A stretch of 44,592 bases of DNA from a virus (taxonomy: Duplodnaviria > Caudoviricetes). The stretch spans positions 1-44,592 of IMG/VR virus record IMGVR_UViG_3300044477_000003; one strand, written 5' to 3'. Positions 29,152 through 37,792 of this stretch are shown here, in pieces (positions within the stretch are counted from its first letter, which is position 1; every line of letters starts with the position of its first letter). The notes beneath the pieces are model-generated. The model was given only the letters and a program-made list of their open reading frames with translations, ran no database searches and was not told the origin of the DNA. The position numbers were made by a program, and so were the translations under genes.

Positions 29152-29714
29152 ATATAGAAGATTTTAAACCACAAAGATATTGTTTCGAGGAGGTATTTGA
29201 AAAGCAGAAAGAACTCAAGTTATTATATGAACCAGATGCAAAAGAGGTATATGCCAACTTTGATATTGACTCCTACGAAGACCAAGAATATTTCAAAAAA
29301 GTGTGTTGGCGCATCACTGAAGAACTTATGGAGGCTTTGGAAGATAGCGGAAATCCAAATCACTTCAAGGAAGAACTCATTGATGGCTTCAACTTCACGA
29401 TGGAACTTTATTTGATGTATGGATGGGGATTTGAAAAACTGCCCAAGTTTGTTCAGACAACAACTCTTCCAATCAATGACAAGGTTCTCATGGTAATATA
29501 TCAACTTGGAATAACTGCCAATGTTCTGAAGAACAGACAGTGGCGCCGGTCTCAGTACCTTGTTGACCTACTCATATTTGAATCAAGATTCAAAGAAATC
29601 TGGTCAGCTTACTTAGACATCTTTTATCACCTTGGTATGTCCAACGAAGACATCTTAGACCTTTGGTCTTTGAAGTACCAAGTTAACTTATTTAGAATCA
29701 ATTCAAATTATTAA
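29148..29714 (+). CDS. All-alpha NTP pyrophosphatase (dimeric dUTPase/dCTPase, MazG-like)
   Basis: EELMEALE...KEELID; C-terminal K..VNLFR...NY. Confidence 0.65.
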   Translation: MNIEDFKPQRYCFEEVFEKQKELKLLYEPDAKEVYANFDIDSYEDQEYFKKVCWRITEELMEALEDSGNPNHFKEELIDGFNFTMELYLMYGWGFEKLPKFVQTTTLPINDKVLMVIYQLGITANVLKNRQWRRSQYLVDLLIFESRFKEIWSAYLDIFYHLGMSNEDILDLWSLKYQVNLFRINSNY

Positions 29715-29715
29715 T

Positions 29716-30942
29716 ATGAAAGCACTCGGGATGATTTGTGGGGTTGGCTCCATGCTAATCGGAGCTAAACGTCAAGGATATGATATTGTAGGAAACATTG
29801 AATGGAGGCAGTACTATCATTCGGGAACTTTCGAACACAACTTTCCTGGAAGTTTTATGGTCGATACCCTGAAGGATTTGACCCACGAACAAATTGAATC
29901 CTGCAAGGACTTAGACCTTATTATTGGACACACTGAGTGTGGGAACTTCTCGAACATGAGAGCCAATAAGAACAACGCTATTGATGCAGGGGACAAGGGT
30001 GACATACCTCAGTTCGTTGAGGCAGTTCAAACATTGCAACCAAAATTCTTTGTAATGGATAACCTGCCAAAATCCCTCATCGTGGCTGATTGGTCTTATT
30101 ATATGGATGCTCTCCCCGACTATGACATTCACTTTGAGTGGGTGAACAACTATGGCTACGGGAACGTTCAAAAGAACCGGAAAAGACTTTTCATAATAGG
30201 GTCCAAGAGAGAGCTAGAATTTTACTTCATCCCTGGAGAATTCGAACACAACACATCAGTACTTGAACGCATTAGTGAAATAAGTCCAGACGCTGAGAAC
30301 AATGATAGTTTGGACCTTGATGAAGTGTATGGGGGTTGGGGTCGATACCAGTTTGACAAAGACTATATTGAAAGACCGATTGAAGAGAATCGTTTGACTC
30401 TGAGGGCTTTCCAAGAACTCATAAAGGATTACCCCAACAACATCAACTTCCCTTATTTCAATAAAAAAGGTGAGCAAAAGTTCAAAATTGGGTTCTCCAA
30501 GATTAATGTCAACGGTCCTGCAATGGTCCTCTCTGGAGGCGGAGCCTGTTTTGATAACCACTTCAGGAGTGACACCTTATACCCTTTCACTATTCGGGAA
30601 CGGGCCAAGATTCAGGGTTGCCCGGACGACTTCGTGTTCTTCCCAAAAGGAGTGACCAAGACCGGAAAGCAATATGGCTCACTAATTAAACAGACCGGTA
30701 AGTTCATGCCTGTTGAATTTTGTACCTTTGTCACTGGTCAGATTAAGTCATTCTTAGATGGAACCCGTAAGGATGATGACTACACTCAAAAGAGATACCT
30801 GAACCCAAATGAATTCGTAGACAAAAACAAATACGAGTTTTGCCAAATGGCTGGGTACACCAATGACTTAGGGGTGTGTAATTTCTGTGGTTCTAAAAAA
30901 TACTGTAAACTTAAAAGTAAAGAAAATGGCGAGAATATTTAA
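29716..30942 (+). CDS. Divergent C5-cytosine DNA methyltransferase-fold protein
   Basis: Motifs in canonical order: I ICGVGS, IV GHTECGNFS, VI MDNL, VIII Q.NRKR, IX RERAKIQGCPDDF, X KQTGKFMP; Cys4 tail. Confidence 0.8.
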   Translation: MKALGMICGVGSMLIGAKRQGYDIVGNIEWRQYYHSGTFEHNFPGSFMVDTLKDLTHEQIESCKDLDLIIGHTECGNFSNMRANKNNAIDAGDKGDIPQFVEAVQTLQPKFFVMDNLPKSLIVADWSYYMDALPDYDIHFEWVNNYGYGNVQKNRKRLFIIGSKRELEFYFIPGEFEHNTSVLERISEISPDAENNDSLDLDEVYGGWGRYQFDKDYIERPIEENRLTLRAFQELIKDYPNNINFPYFNKKGEQKFKIGFSKINVNGPAMVLSGGGACFDNHFRSDTLYPFTIRERAKIQGCPDDFVFFPKGVTKTGKQYGSLIKQTGKFMPVEFCTFVTGQIKSFLDGTRKDDDYTQKRYLNPNEFVDKNKYEFCQMAGYTNDLGVCNFCGSKKYCKLKSKENGENI

Positions 30943-31669
30943 AGACTGTTTAGAGATGATTCAGGAGATGGATAGAGAACTAAAAGTCTCCGGAATCACA
31001 GTGCCTGTGAAGCACTATCAAAATCAAATACTCGAAGGAGATAACCAGAACACTAAGGAACTCCTTGGGGTCAACTTCATTATATCCAAACCCTTTTTGA
31101 AAAAGAAGGAGATGCTTGGCTTCCTGTTCAAAGGGGAGTCCGATATGATTGAGAAGTATTGCCTAACTGAATTGCAAGACCGTTTGAATCGGGATGGATT
31201 GAACCCCGGGAACTCTTACAAAGTTCGTCTGGACCTTTGGCAAAAGCTTATGTCAAAGTCGGATGGTGATATATTTGACTATACTTATTCGGAGAGAATA
31301 AACTACAAAGGACAATTGGACAATGCTCTCTCGGCACTGAAGGATGATGAGCATACTCGCAGGGCAATGGTGATGATATTCCAACCAGAGGACACGCTTG
31401 AGTCTGGAGGGTTTCAAACTCGAATCCCCTGTTCGATTTCTTACCAGTTTCTTATTCGGAACAATAAGTTGATGGTCCTTTATTACATCCGCAGCAACGA
31501 CTACTTTAATCACTTCGGAATTGATATTTGGCTCACTCATGCCATTCAGAATTATGTTGTGGAACAACTTCAAGATACTTACCCGGGATTAAAATGTGGA
31601 CCATTAAACTATTATGCTGGAAGTTTTCACGCTTATCATAAGGAATTAAGTCAATGGGTGATTTATTAA
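30926..31669 (+). CDS. Thymidylate-synthase-fold enzyme, probable dCMP (hydroxy)methyltransferase
   Basis: TRRA, IPC, YQFLIR, RSND.......D, SFHAY; Asp at the E. coli ThyA Asn177 position. Confidence 0.75.
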   Translation: MARIFKDCLEMIQEMDRELKVSGITVPVKHYQNQILEGDNQNTKELLGVNFIISKPFLKKKEMLGFLFKGESDMIEKYCLTELQDRLNRDGLNPGNSYKVRLDLWQKLMSKSDGDIFDYTYSERINYKGQLDNALSALKDDEHTRRAMVMIFQPEDTLESGGFQTRIPCSISYQFLIRNNKLMVLYYIRSNDYFNHFGIDIWLTHAIQNYVVEQLQDTYPGLKCGPLNYYAGSFHAYHKELSQWVIY

Positions 31670-31683
31670 ATATTGAAATTTTA

Positions 31684-31736
31684 TTTCACTTTTTACTGAA
31701 ATAATTTTTCTATCTGGATAAAAAGTCATACATTTG
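31684..31736 (+). promoter_or_regulatory. Repeated phage promoter, copy 4
   Basis: 53-nt consensus ending TACATTTG. Confidence 0.75.
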
Positions 31737-31760
31737 AGTCATACTTAAAAACAACAGATT

Positions 31761-31937
31761 ATGGAAGCAAAAGACGTATATATGTTCTGTATAAGAAACT
31801 GCGTACATCAACTTAAAACATGTGACAAATTAGGCCCTGAAGCAATTAACGCATTCAGAATGTCAGAAGTTTTGGCGATAGCTTTTTGCAAATTGAAAGA
31901 GGATGTTCTAAACGATATTATAACATGTGTGGAATAA
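31761..31937 (+). CDS. Small Cys-containing hypothetical protein (58 aa)
   Basis: Manual translation MEAKDVYMFCIRNC...; A-rich leader after promoter. Confidence 0.55.
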   Translation: MEAKDVYMFCIRNCVHQLKTCDKLGPEAINAFRMSEVLAIAFCKLKEDVLNDIITCVE

Positions 31938-33277
31938 TCATAACAAGAGACTTTGAAAGAATACCCCTGTTGAAACACAGGGGGATTGAATCCAACTTCG
32001 AAAGAGGTCACGGGTTCTTCTTCGGTCATCATCGCTTGCCTATCCAGACTCTTGAAGGGGATGGGTATAAACAACCAATCAAACTCAAAGATGGGGGTTT
32101 GCTTCTTTATAATGGGGAGATATTCAACACACCATCAAAGTATAGTTCAGATGTTGAATACCTCAGGGACCTGTTCAACTCTGACAACATCAATGACATT
32201 CTGGAGGAAGCAAACTACTGGGATGGGTTTTGGGCAATCGTCCATGTAACCCCAAACGGATTCATGTATTGTTTCACAGACCCTTTAGGAAAGAAACAAC
32301 TATACTATAATGAAAGGGGTGAAATCTGCTCAGAGATAAGACCGTTGGTTCGTAACAATCCATTCGATGAACTTTATAAGAGTTCAGTCTACAAATGGGG
32401 GTACAACACTAATGACCTAACCCCTTGGAAAGGAGTCAAACGAATCATGCCAAATAGACTTTATGTCTTTTGTTCTGGTAGAATTCTGAATGTTCACCCA
32501 TACCTTTATTTTGATTGGTTCAAGAACCAACCTAAGGAAGACATCAAGACGTTACTCTATCAATCAGTTGAATCAAGATTAATTTCTAAAGTCTATAGAA
32601 TAGGGGCTTTGGTTTCAGGGGGTTTGGATTCATCCATAATTGCCCGGATTTTGAATGATTTGGGGGCTCCTGTGGTATATTATACCATAGAGAATAATGA
32701 ATCAGAATATGCCCAGGAATTGGCCCAATATCTGGGTATTTCTCTCAAGGGTTTAACCTATGATATTGATGAGGAAATGGCTGAGAGTTTTCGTTGGAAT
32801 GAAACCCCGATTGACTTAGGCTCAGTAATCCCTCAGCATAAACTCTTAGGGGTTGTGCCTGAAAAGATTGTTCTGACTGGAGATGGAGCGGATGAACTGT
32901 TTGGGGGGTATCGACGCATAAAGACTTATGATTCTCAAAAGTCTGATGTATTCGAAGAACTTCCTTTTTATCATTTACCTCGATTGGACAGGGCTTCGAT
33001 GAGGTACACCATTGAACTTAGGAACCCATTCTTGTCCCATGACATTATCAAGTATGCTTTGGCATTACCTTATTCAGAAAGGATTGAGAAGAAACATCTA
33101 AAGGACGCATTCAGAGGTTTGCTTCCTGACAGTATCATTGACCGGGCAAAGATTCCAATGAAGAATGACCAAGTAAGAGAAACCCCTGAAGCCTACAAGG
33201 CCAAGGTATTTAATATGTTTTATAACACCCAACAATGGAACGTTTTACATTCGGAAAATATAAAGGCAGACTTATAA
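31925..33277 (+). CDS. Asparagine synthetase B-like glutamine amidotransferase
   Basis: MCGI N-terminal nucleophile, HHRL, NGEIFN, SGGLDSS, TGDGADELFGGY, ELRNPFL. Confidence 0.9.
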   Translation: MCGIIITRDFERIPLLKHRGIESNFERGHGFFFGHHRLPIQTLEGDGYKQPIKLKDGGLLLYNGEIFNTPSKYSSDVEYLRDLFNSDNINDILEEANYWDGFWAIVHVTPNGFMYCFTDPLGKKQLYYNERGEICSEIRPLVRNNPFDELYKSSVYKWGYNTNDLTPWKGVKRIMPNRLYVFCSGRILNVHPYLYFDWFKNQPKEDIKTLLYQSVESRLISKVYRIGALVSGGLDSSIIARILNDLGAPVVYYTIENNESEYAQELAQYLGISLKGLTYDIDEEMAESFRWNETPIDLGSVIPQHKLLGVVPEKIVLTGDGADELFGGYRRIKTYDSQKSDVFEELPFYHLPRLDRASMRYTIELRNPFLSHDIIKYALALPYSERIEKKHLKDAFRGLLPDSIIDRAKIPMKNDQVRETPEAYKAKVFNMFYNTQQWNVLHSENIKADL

Positions 33278-33363
33278 GTGACGTCTGTATAATAGACTCA
33301 GACTACGTGAAATGGGCTGTAAAGAAAAAATTAATTGTTTTACCAAAGTATATAATCGTATGA
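33235..33363 (+). CDS. Small FGKYKG-motif protein (DUF3820-like, 42 aa)
   Basis: Manual translation MERFTFGKYKGRLISDV...YVKW; stop overlaps the dUTPase ATG. Confidence 0.55.
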   Translation: MERFTFGKYKGRLISDVCIIDSDYVKWAVKKKLIVLPKYIIV

Positions 33364-33806
33364 AAATTGTAAAAGTAAGAGATGTAAAGACCCCTACTCG
33401 GGGCACAACGAAATCTGCAGGGATTGACTTTTTTATTCCGAACGATTTTCCGGGGTCACACTGGTTGGCTCCTGGTCAAGATGTCAATATTCCTTCAGGG
33501 GTCCATGTCAAAGTGCCTGAGGGGTATGCTCTAATCGCAATGAACAAATCCGGAGTTGCAACAAAGAAACACCTCCAGGTCGGAGCCTGTGTCATTGATG
33601 AGGATTACCAAGGAGAGGTTCATCTTCATGTTCGCAATATAGGTATGGATGTACAGGAACTTCTACCCGGAGATAAGCTCGTTCAAATGCTATTAGTTCC
33701 TGTACTCTATGCGGAAGTCTGCCCAGTTGACTCACTCGAGAAGTTATACAATGGGGAGACAACCGAAAGGGGTGAAGGTGGATTCGGTTCAACAGGTGAT
33801 AAATAA
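33360..33806 (+). CDS. dut: Trimeric dUTPase
   Basis: AGIDF, KSG, VIDEDYQGE, Q, RGEGGFGSTG. Confidence 0.92.
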   Translation: MKIVKVRDVKTPTRGTTKSAGIDFFIPNDFPGSHWLAPGQDVNIPSGVHVKVPEGYALIAMNKSGVATKKHLQVGACVIDEDYQGEVHLHVRNIGMDVQELLPGDKLVQMLLVPVLYAEVCPVDSLEKLYNGETTERGEGGFGSTGDK

Positions 33807-33816
33807 GGAGGGAACA

Positions 33817-34476
33817 ATGAGACTAATTAAACCATCCTTTGAAGTATTAACTCCTATAGATAGGGGTTCAATCCTGAAAGCCATTGAGTTGGCTGGTCGT
33901 ACCTGTTATAAGTCTGAAGATAAAATCTCGGATGACTCTGCAAGTAAGTTTGTTGAAATGATAGTTGGCCGAGGGCATTTGTCTGTGGTAGAACATCAGT
34001 CTGTTTCTGTTAAGTTCATTTGCGACCGAGGTGTCTCTCATGAACTGGTCCGTCACAGAATTGCCTCCTTCTCTCAGGAGTCAACCCGTTATTGCAATTA
34101 TGCCAAGGATAAGTTTGACCATCAACTTACTTTCATTATTCCTTGTTGGTCCAAGATTAAACCTGGAGAGGGAGACCAATCAAACTTCGGGCTTCAAACT
34201 CATGGTGAAATCCTTTGGCTTAATGCAATGCAGAACTCACAGGATATTTACAACAGCCTTATTCAGACAGGATGGACTCCTCAAGAAGCAAGGTCTGTTC
34301 TACCCAATTCACTGAAGACAGAAATCGTTGTCACTGCCAACCTCAGAGAATGGAAAGAAATCTTTCGTCAACGTTGCTCACAGGCTGCACATCCCCAAAT
34401 GCGTGAGTTGATGATACCTCTGAGGGGTTTGTTTCAAGAGTCCTTACCTGAAATATTCGGAGATGGAAATCAATGA
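33817..34476 (+). CDS. thyX: Flavin-dependent thymidylate synthase
   Basis: GHLSVVEH, ELVRHRIASFSQESTRY (RHRx7S), ARSVLP, NLREW. Confidence 0.95.
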   Translation: MRLIKPSFEVLTPIDRGSILKAIELAGRTCYKSEDKISDDSASKFVEMIVGRGHLSVVEHQSVSVKFICDRGVSHELVRHRIASFSQESTRYCNYAKDKFDHQLTFIIPCWSKIKPGEGDQSNFGLQTHGEILWLNAMQNSQDIYNSLIQTGWTPQEARSVLPNSLKTEIVVTANLREWKEIFRQRCSQAAHPQMRELMIPLRGLFQESLPEIFGDGNQ

Positions 34477-34741
34477 CAAATTAGCTGAAAGACTTAAACA
34501 ACTTGGAATTCTGGATGAAACCGGGACACGAGAATATAACGTAGGGGCTTCAGATTATTCTAAGCATTTGATACAACCCTGGGCAATCTGGCTCGAGTAT
34601 GGGCTTAATCCTTGGGACGCTGACATAGTTAAAAGGGTTCTCAGGAACAAGAAAGGGGACACCCGAAAATTGGACTACGAGAAAATCATACATATTTGCA
34701 AGGAACGCATCCGGCAGATTGATGAGGAGATAAATGACTAA
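34463..34741 (+). CDS. DUF3310 / T7 gp1.7-like protein (possible nucleotide kinase)
   Basis: VGASDY..HLIQPW, IVKRVLR.K, DYEKI pattern. Confidence 0.55.
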   Translation: MEINDKLAERLKQLGILDETGTREYNVGASDYSKHLIQPWAIWLEYGLNPWDADIVKRVLRNKKGDTRKLDYEKIIHICKERIRQIDEEIND

Positions 34742-34764
34742 GAGGGCTTCGTCCCTCTTTATTC
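34740..34764 (+). terminator. Rho-independent terminator
   Basis: AAGAGGG-CTTCGT-CCCTCTT then TATT. Confidence 0.7.
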
Positions 34765-34782
34765 GTTAAAGATGAAAATAAT

Positions 34783-34835
34783 TTTCACTTTTCACTGAAA
34801 TAATTTTTTAGATTGAAAAAGAAGTCGTACATTTG
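34783..34835 (+). promoter_or_regulatory. Repeated phage promoter, copy 5
   Basis: 53-nt consensus; downstream AGTCATACTTAAAAACAA shared with copy 4. Confidence 0.75.
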
Positions 34836-34859
34836 AGTCATACTTAAAAACAAAAGGAT

Positions 34860-35018
34860 ATGACAACTTTAACTCTCAAACAACAGAATTTTCTTTCAGT
34901 ATTAGAACAAAACAATTATGATGTACTTCGTACCATGTCAATCTTTGGTTCTACTATTTCTGAGGATGATGTTAAGAAAGTTATAGACTTCGACGTTAAG
35001 AATTTATTGGCAGAGTAA
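34860..35018 (+). CDS. Small hypothetical protein (52 aa)
   Basis: Manual translation MTTLTLKQQNFLSVLE...; first ORF after promoter. Confidence 0.55.
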   Translation: MTTLTLKQQNFLSVLEQNNYDVLRTMSIFGSTISEDDVKKVIDFDVKNLLAE

Positions 35019-35197
35019 TGGGAATGAAGAAAGCAGAATCACAACGTAGACAAAGAACAAAAGCTAAGGAGATGTCAGCCCATCAGAAGGCTTTAAAGAA
35101 AAAGGCTGAGTACGAGAAACAAATGAAAGGTAAACAGTTTGAAAGGGTTCCGCACCCTACACTCAAAAACACCTGGATATTAAAAGAGATAAACTAA
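35018..35197 (+). CDS. Small basic hypothetical protein (59 aa)
   Basis: TAATG coupling; MGMKKAESQRRQRTK... Confidence 0.55.
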   Translation: MGMKKAESQRRQRTKAKEMSAHQKALKKKAEYEKQMKGKQFERVPHPTLKNTWILKEIN

Positions 35198-35210
35198 TCT
35201 TTATTAAAAT

Positions 35211-36080
35211 ATGAAGCAACAATTTGACCGCAAACTTAGGCTCTCCACGGATAACAAAGCCCGGTTAACTCAGATTAACGAAATCCTGGAAGAGTATGTA
35301 GAAGATGGATATAGGCTTACTCTTCGACAATTGTACTACCAATTAGTCTCGAGGGACTTCATTCCTAACAAACAAGACGAGTACAAGAAGTTAATGAACA
35401 TCCTCAAGAAAGGTCGTATGGCTGGAATTGTAGATTGGGATGCGATCGAGGACCGAGTACGTAAGCCAATACTTCCTTATTGGGTCACGGGTATTCAGGA
35501 CGCTATCAATGACACCATTCGTCAATATCGTCTTAATAGAATGGAAGGCCAAGAACAAAACATCGAAGTATGGGTTGAGAAGGACGCACTGTCTGGGGTT
35601 CTCAGCAGGGTGACGAATAAATATCACATTAGACTTATGGTCAATAGGGGGTATACGTCAATCTCTGCTTTATATGATGCTCAAAAGCGTCTGAATAATG
35701 GGGACGTAATTCTTTACTTTGGAGACCATGACCCTTCAGGGTTGGACATGCTTCGGGACATCAAAGACCGCATGCTTGAGTTTCACCTTGATGTTGAGGT
35801 AGTTCCAATTGCATTGACCATGCAACAAGTAAGGGCTTTTAATCCTCCGCCGAACCCTGCTAAATTTGAAGACCCCCGGGCCGAATGGTATATTCGTGAA
35901 TACGGAAAGACTTCTTGGGAGTTGGACGCACTACCTCCTAAGGAATTAATCAGACTTTGTGAGGAGTCTATTCTCCAGAGGATTGACCTTGATTTATATC
36001 ACGATGTGATTAAGCAAGAGCAAAAGGATATTATTACAATGAAATCAAAATTCAACTTAAACAATGAAGACGATGAATAA
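35211..36080 (+). CDS. Topo VI-A/Spo11-like protein (winged helix plus Toprim)
   Basis: LTLRQLYYQL, VWVEKDAL, GDHDPSG, ELDAL. Confidence 0.75.
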   Translation: MKQQFDRKLRLSTDNKARLTQINEILEEYVEDGYRLTLRQLYYQLVSRDFIPNKQDEYKKLMNILKKGRMAGIVDWDAIEDRVRKPILPYWVTGIQDAINDTIRQYRLNRMEGQEQNIEVWVEKDALSGVLSRVTNKYHIRLMVNRGYTSISALYDAQKRLNNGDVILYFGDHDPSGLDMLRDIKDRMLEFHLDVEVVPIALTMQQVRAFNPPPNPAKFEDPRAEWYIREYGKTSWELDALPPKELIRLCEESILQRIDLDLYHDVIKQEQKDIITMKSKFNLNNEDDE

Positions 36081-36348
36081 ATTCGAAAAGATTCAGAAAC
36101 TGAGTCGCAAACTTAAACTGTCAGAACGTATGTTCGCAGTCATGATGGTCTTTATGGCCTTGGGTATTTTATCCACTATTGCCTCAACCTTTATTTGGGT
36201 TTGGGTTGGTTGGGCTTTGGCCTGGAGAATCGGAGCCACAGGGCTCTTGGTTTTCTTCCTGTCAGGAATTGGCTGGGCTGTCATCTACAACCTAATGCGT
36301 TCTACTATTAATCACATAAACCAAATGAAGAATGAAAGCAACCATTAA
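36064..36348 (+). CDS. Small two-TM membrane protein
   Basis: Two long hydrophobic helices. Confidence 0.65.
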   Translation: MKTMNKFEKIQKLSRKLKLSERMFAVMMVFMALGILSTIASTFIWVWVGWALAWRIGATGLLVFFLSGIGWAVIYNLMRSTINHINQMKNESNH

Positions 36349-36523
36349 TGTGCCTGGTCACTTGGAGTTGGTAAACGCTGAAGACCGGGACTCAAAAGAC
36401 ATTAAAGGAAAGGGTTGGACCATGCAAAGGAAATACCCGAAAGTAGGTAGAAATGAAATTTGCCCTTGTGGCAGTGGTCTTAAATTTAAAAACTGTAAAC
36501 ACGAAAAGAATGAAAGCAATTGA
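36332..36523 (+). CDS. SEC-C motif protein
   Basis: KVGRNEICPCGSGLKFKNC. Confidence 0.75.
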   Translation: MKATINVPGHLELVNAEDRDSKDIKGKGWTMQRKYPKVGRNEICPCGSGLKFKNCKHEKNESN

Positions 36524-36932
36524 ATTTGAACAACACAACGTGGTCTTTGCCAAGGACCAAAAAGAGTATTTACCTTTGCCGGCCTACGCTCAGCAAAATG
36601 GGTTAGTTACATTCTGTATGGAACTGGATGGCGAAGAATTGGAGGTAGCCAAAAAGACTAAGGTCTTGAAGTTGGACGTACTTACATTTGGTCGTTCTGC
36701 TCAGCCAATCCGAGTGACTACTGTAGAGCCTCAGTTTCCTGTGACTCACAAAGGTAATTTCCATTGCAACCCTAAGTCCTGGAATGACGAGACCGGTTCG
36801 GCTACGTTTGAGATTGAGTTGTTCCCGATTCAATTACAGACTTTGAAGAAGTCTAAAAGGGTATGGATAACCACGGCAACGTTCGGCACACCCCTGCAAC
36901 CAATTAGTATGGTCTTAAATCCTGAGGTATGA
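36510..36932 (+). CDS. Hypothetical protein with internal tandem duplication
   Basis: G..TF..EL....L...KK.K.......TFG...QPI occurs twice. Confidence 0.7.
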   Translation: MKAIEFEQHNVVFAKDQKEYLPLPAYAQQNGLVTFCMELDGEELEVAKKTKVLKLDVLTFGRSAQPIRVTTVEPQFPVTHKGNFHCNPKSWNDETGSATFEIELFPIQLQTLKKSKRVWITTATFGTPLQPISMVLNPEV

Positions 36933-37072
36933 GTTGGGGTTGGAATATCTTCATAATTTGCTTAGTATTACTTTACGGGTTCTTCTTTAGAGCCTGTAAA
37001 GTAATCGGCTCTATCAATAAGAAGTTTGACGAGGAAATGGACAAAAGATTTGGAGGGAATTCGAATGTTTAA
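36929..37072 (+). CDS. Small membrane protein (47 aa)
   Basis: ATGA overlap; MSWGWNIFIICLVLLYGFFF... Confidence 0.5.
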   Translation: MSWGWNIFIICLVLLYGFFFRACKVIGSINKKFDEEMDKRFGGNSNV

Positions 37073-37208
37073 CTTTGGGTTGAAAAAGAAAATCAGGCTC
37101 ATGGTTTCAAAGTTGGAAGATGAAATCAAGCAGTGTCAAGAACGGGGTTACGTAAGAACTGCCGAGGTAAAAAGGGAAGTTATCAAAGAACTAAATAAGC
37201 TTTTATAA
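37065..37208 (+). CDS. Small hypothetical protein (47 aa)
   Basis: Coupled to neighbours; TAATG overlap with the next gene. Confidence 0.5.
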   Translation: MFNFGLKKKIRLMVSKLEDEIKQCQERGYVRTAEVKREVIKELNKLL

Positions 37209-37792
37209 TGGATATAATCAAAGTATTTTATGACCTGGAGACAACTGGGGTAGACGTTAAGAAGCATTCAGTTCACCAGATTGCAGGCATGATTGAGATT
37301 AATGATGAGGTCGTGGACAAATTCAATATCTTGTCCCGACCCCATCCTAAATGCCAATATGAAGAAGGGGCTTTATTGGCCTGCAGGAAGACCCAGGATG
37401 AATTGAATTCTTATCCTGAGATGAATATTGCCCACAGAGAATTTAAGGCCATATTGGGCAAATATATTGACCCTTTTAATACCAAACAAAAGGCATGGAA
37501 TATAGGGTTCAATAATAGGTATTTTGACGATGTGTTCCTGCGTGCTTGGTTCAAACAGAATGGGGACGAGTTTATTGGTTCTTGGTTCTGGGTTGACACT
37601 ATAGACTCAATGGTCCTGGCTTCTCAGTACCTTATCCATCGCAGGGTCAACATGCCTTCGTTCAAACAACATAGGGTTGCGAGGGAACTCGGTATCGTGG
37701 TAGATGAGAGCCGGTTACACGATGCTTCATACGATGTGGAATTGACCCGGGGCATTTATAGAATAACAACCGGATTGGACATTGAAATTTAA
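37208..37792 (+). CDS. DEDDh 3'-5' exonuclease (DnaQ-like)
   Basis: DLETTG, FN..FD, HDASYD. Confidence 0.88.
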   Translation: MDIIKVFYDLETTGVDVKKHSVHQIAGMIEINDEVVDKFNILSRPHPKCQYEEGALLACRKTQDELNSYPEMNIAHREFKAILGKYIDPFNTKQKAWNIGFNNRYFDDVFLRAWFKQNGDEFIGSWFWVDTIDSMVLASQYLIHRRVNMPSFKQHRVARELGIVVDESRLHDASYDVELTRGIYRITTGLDIEI

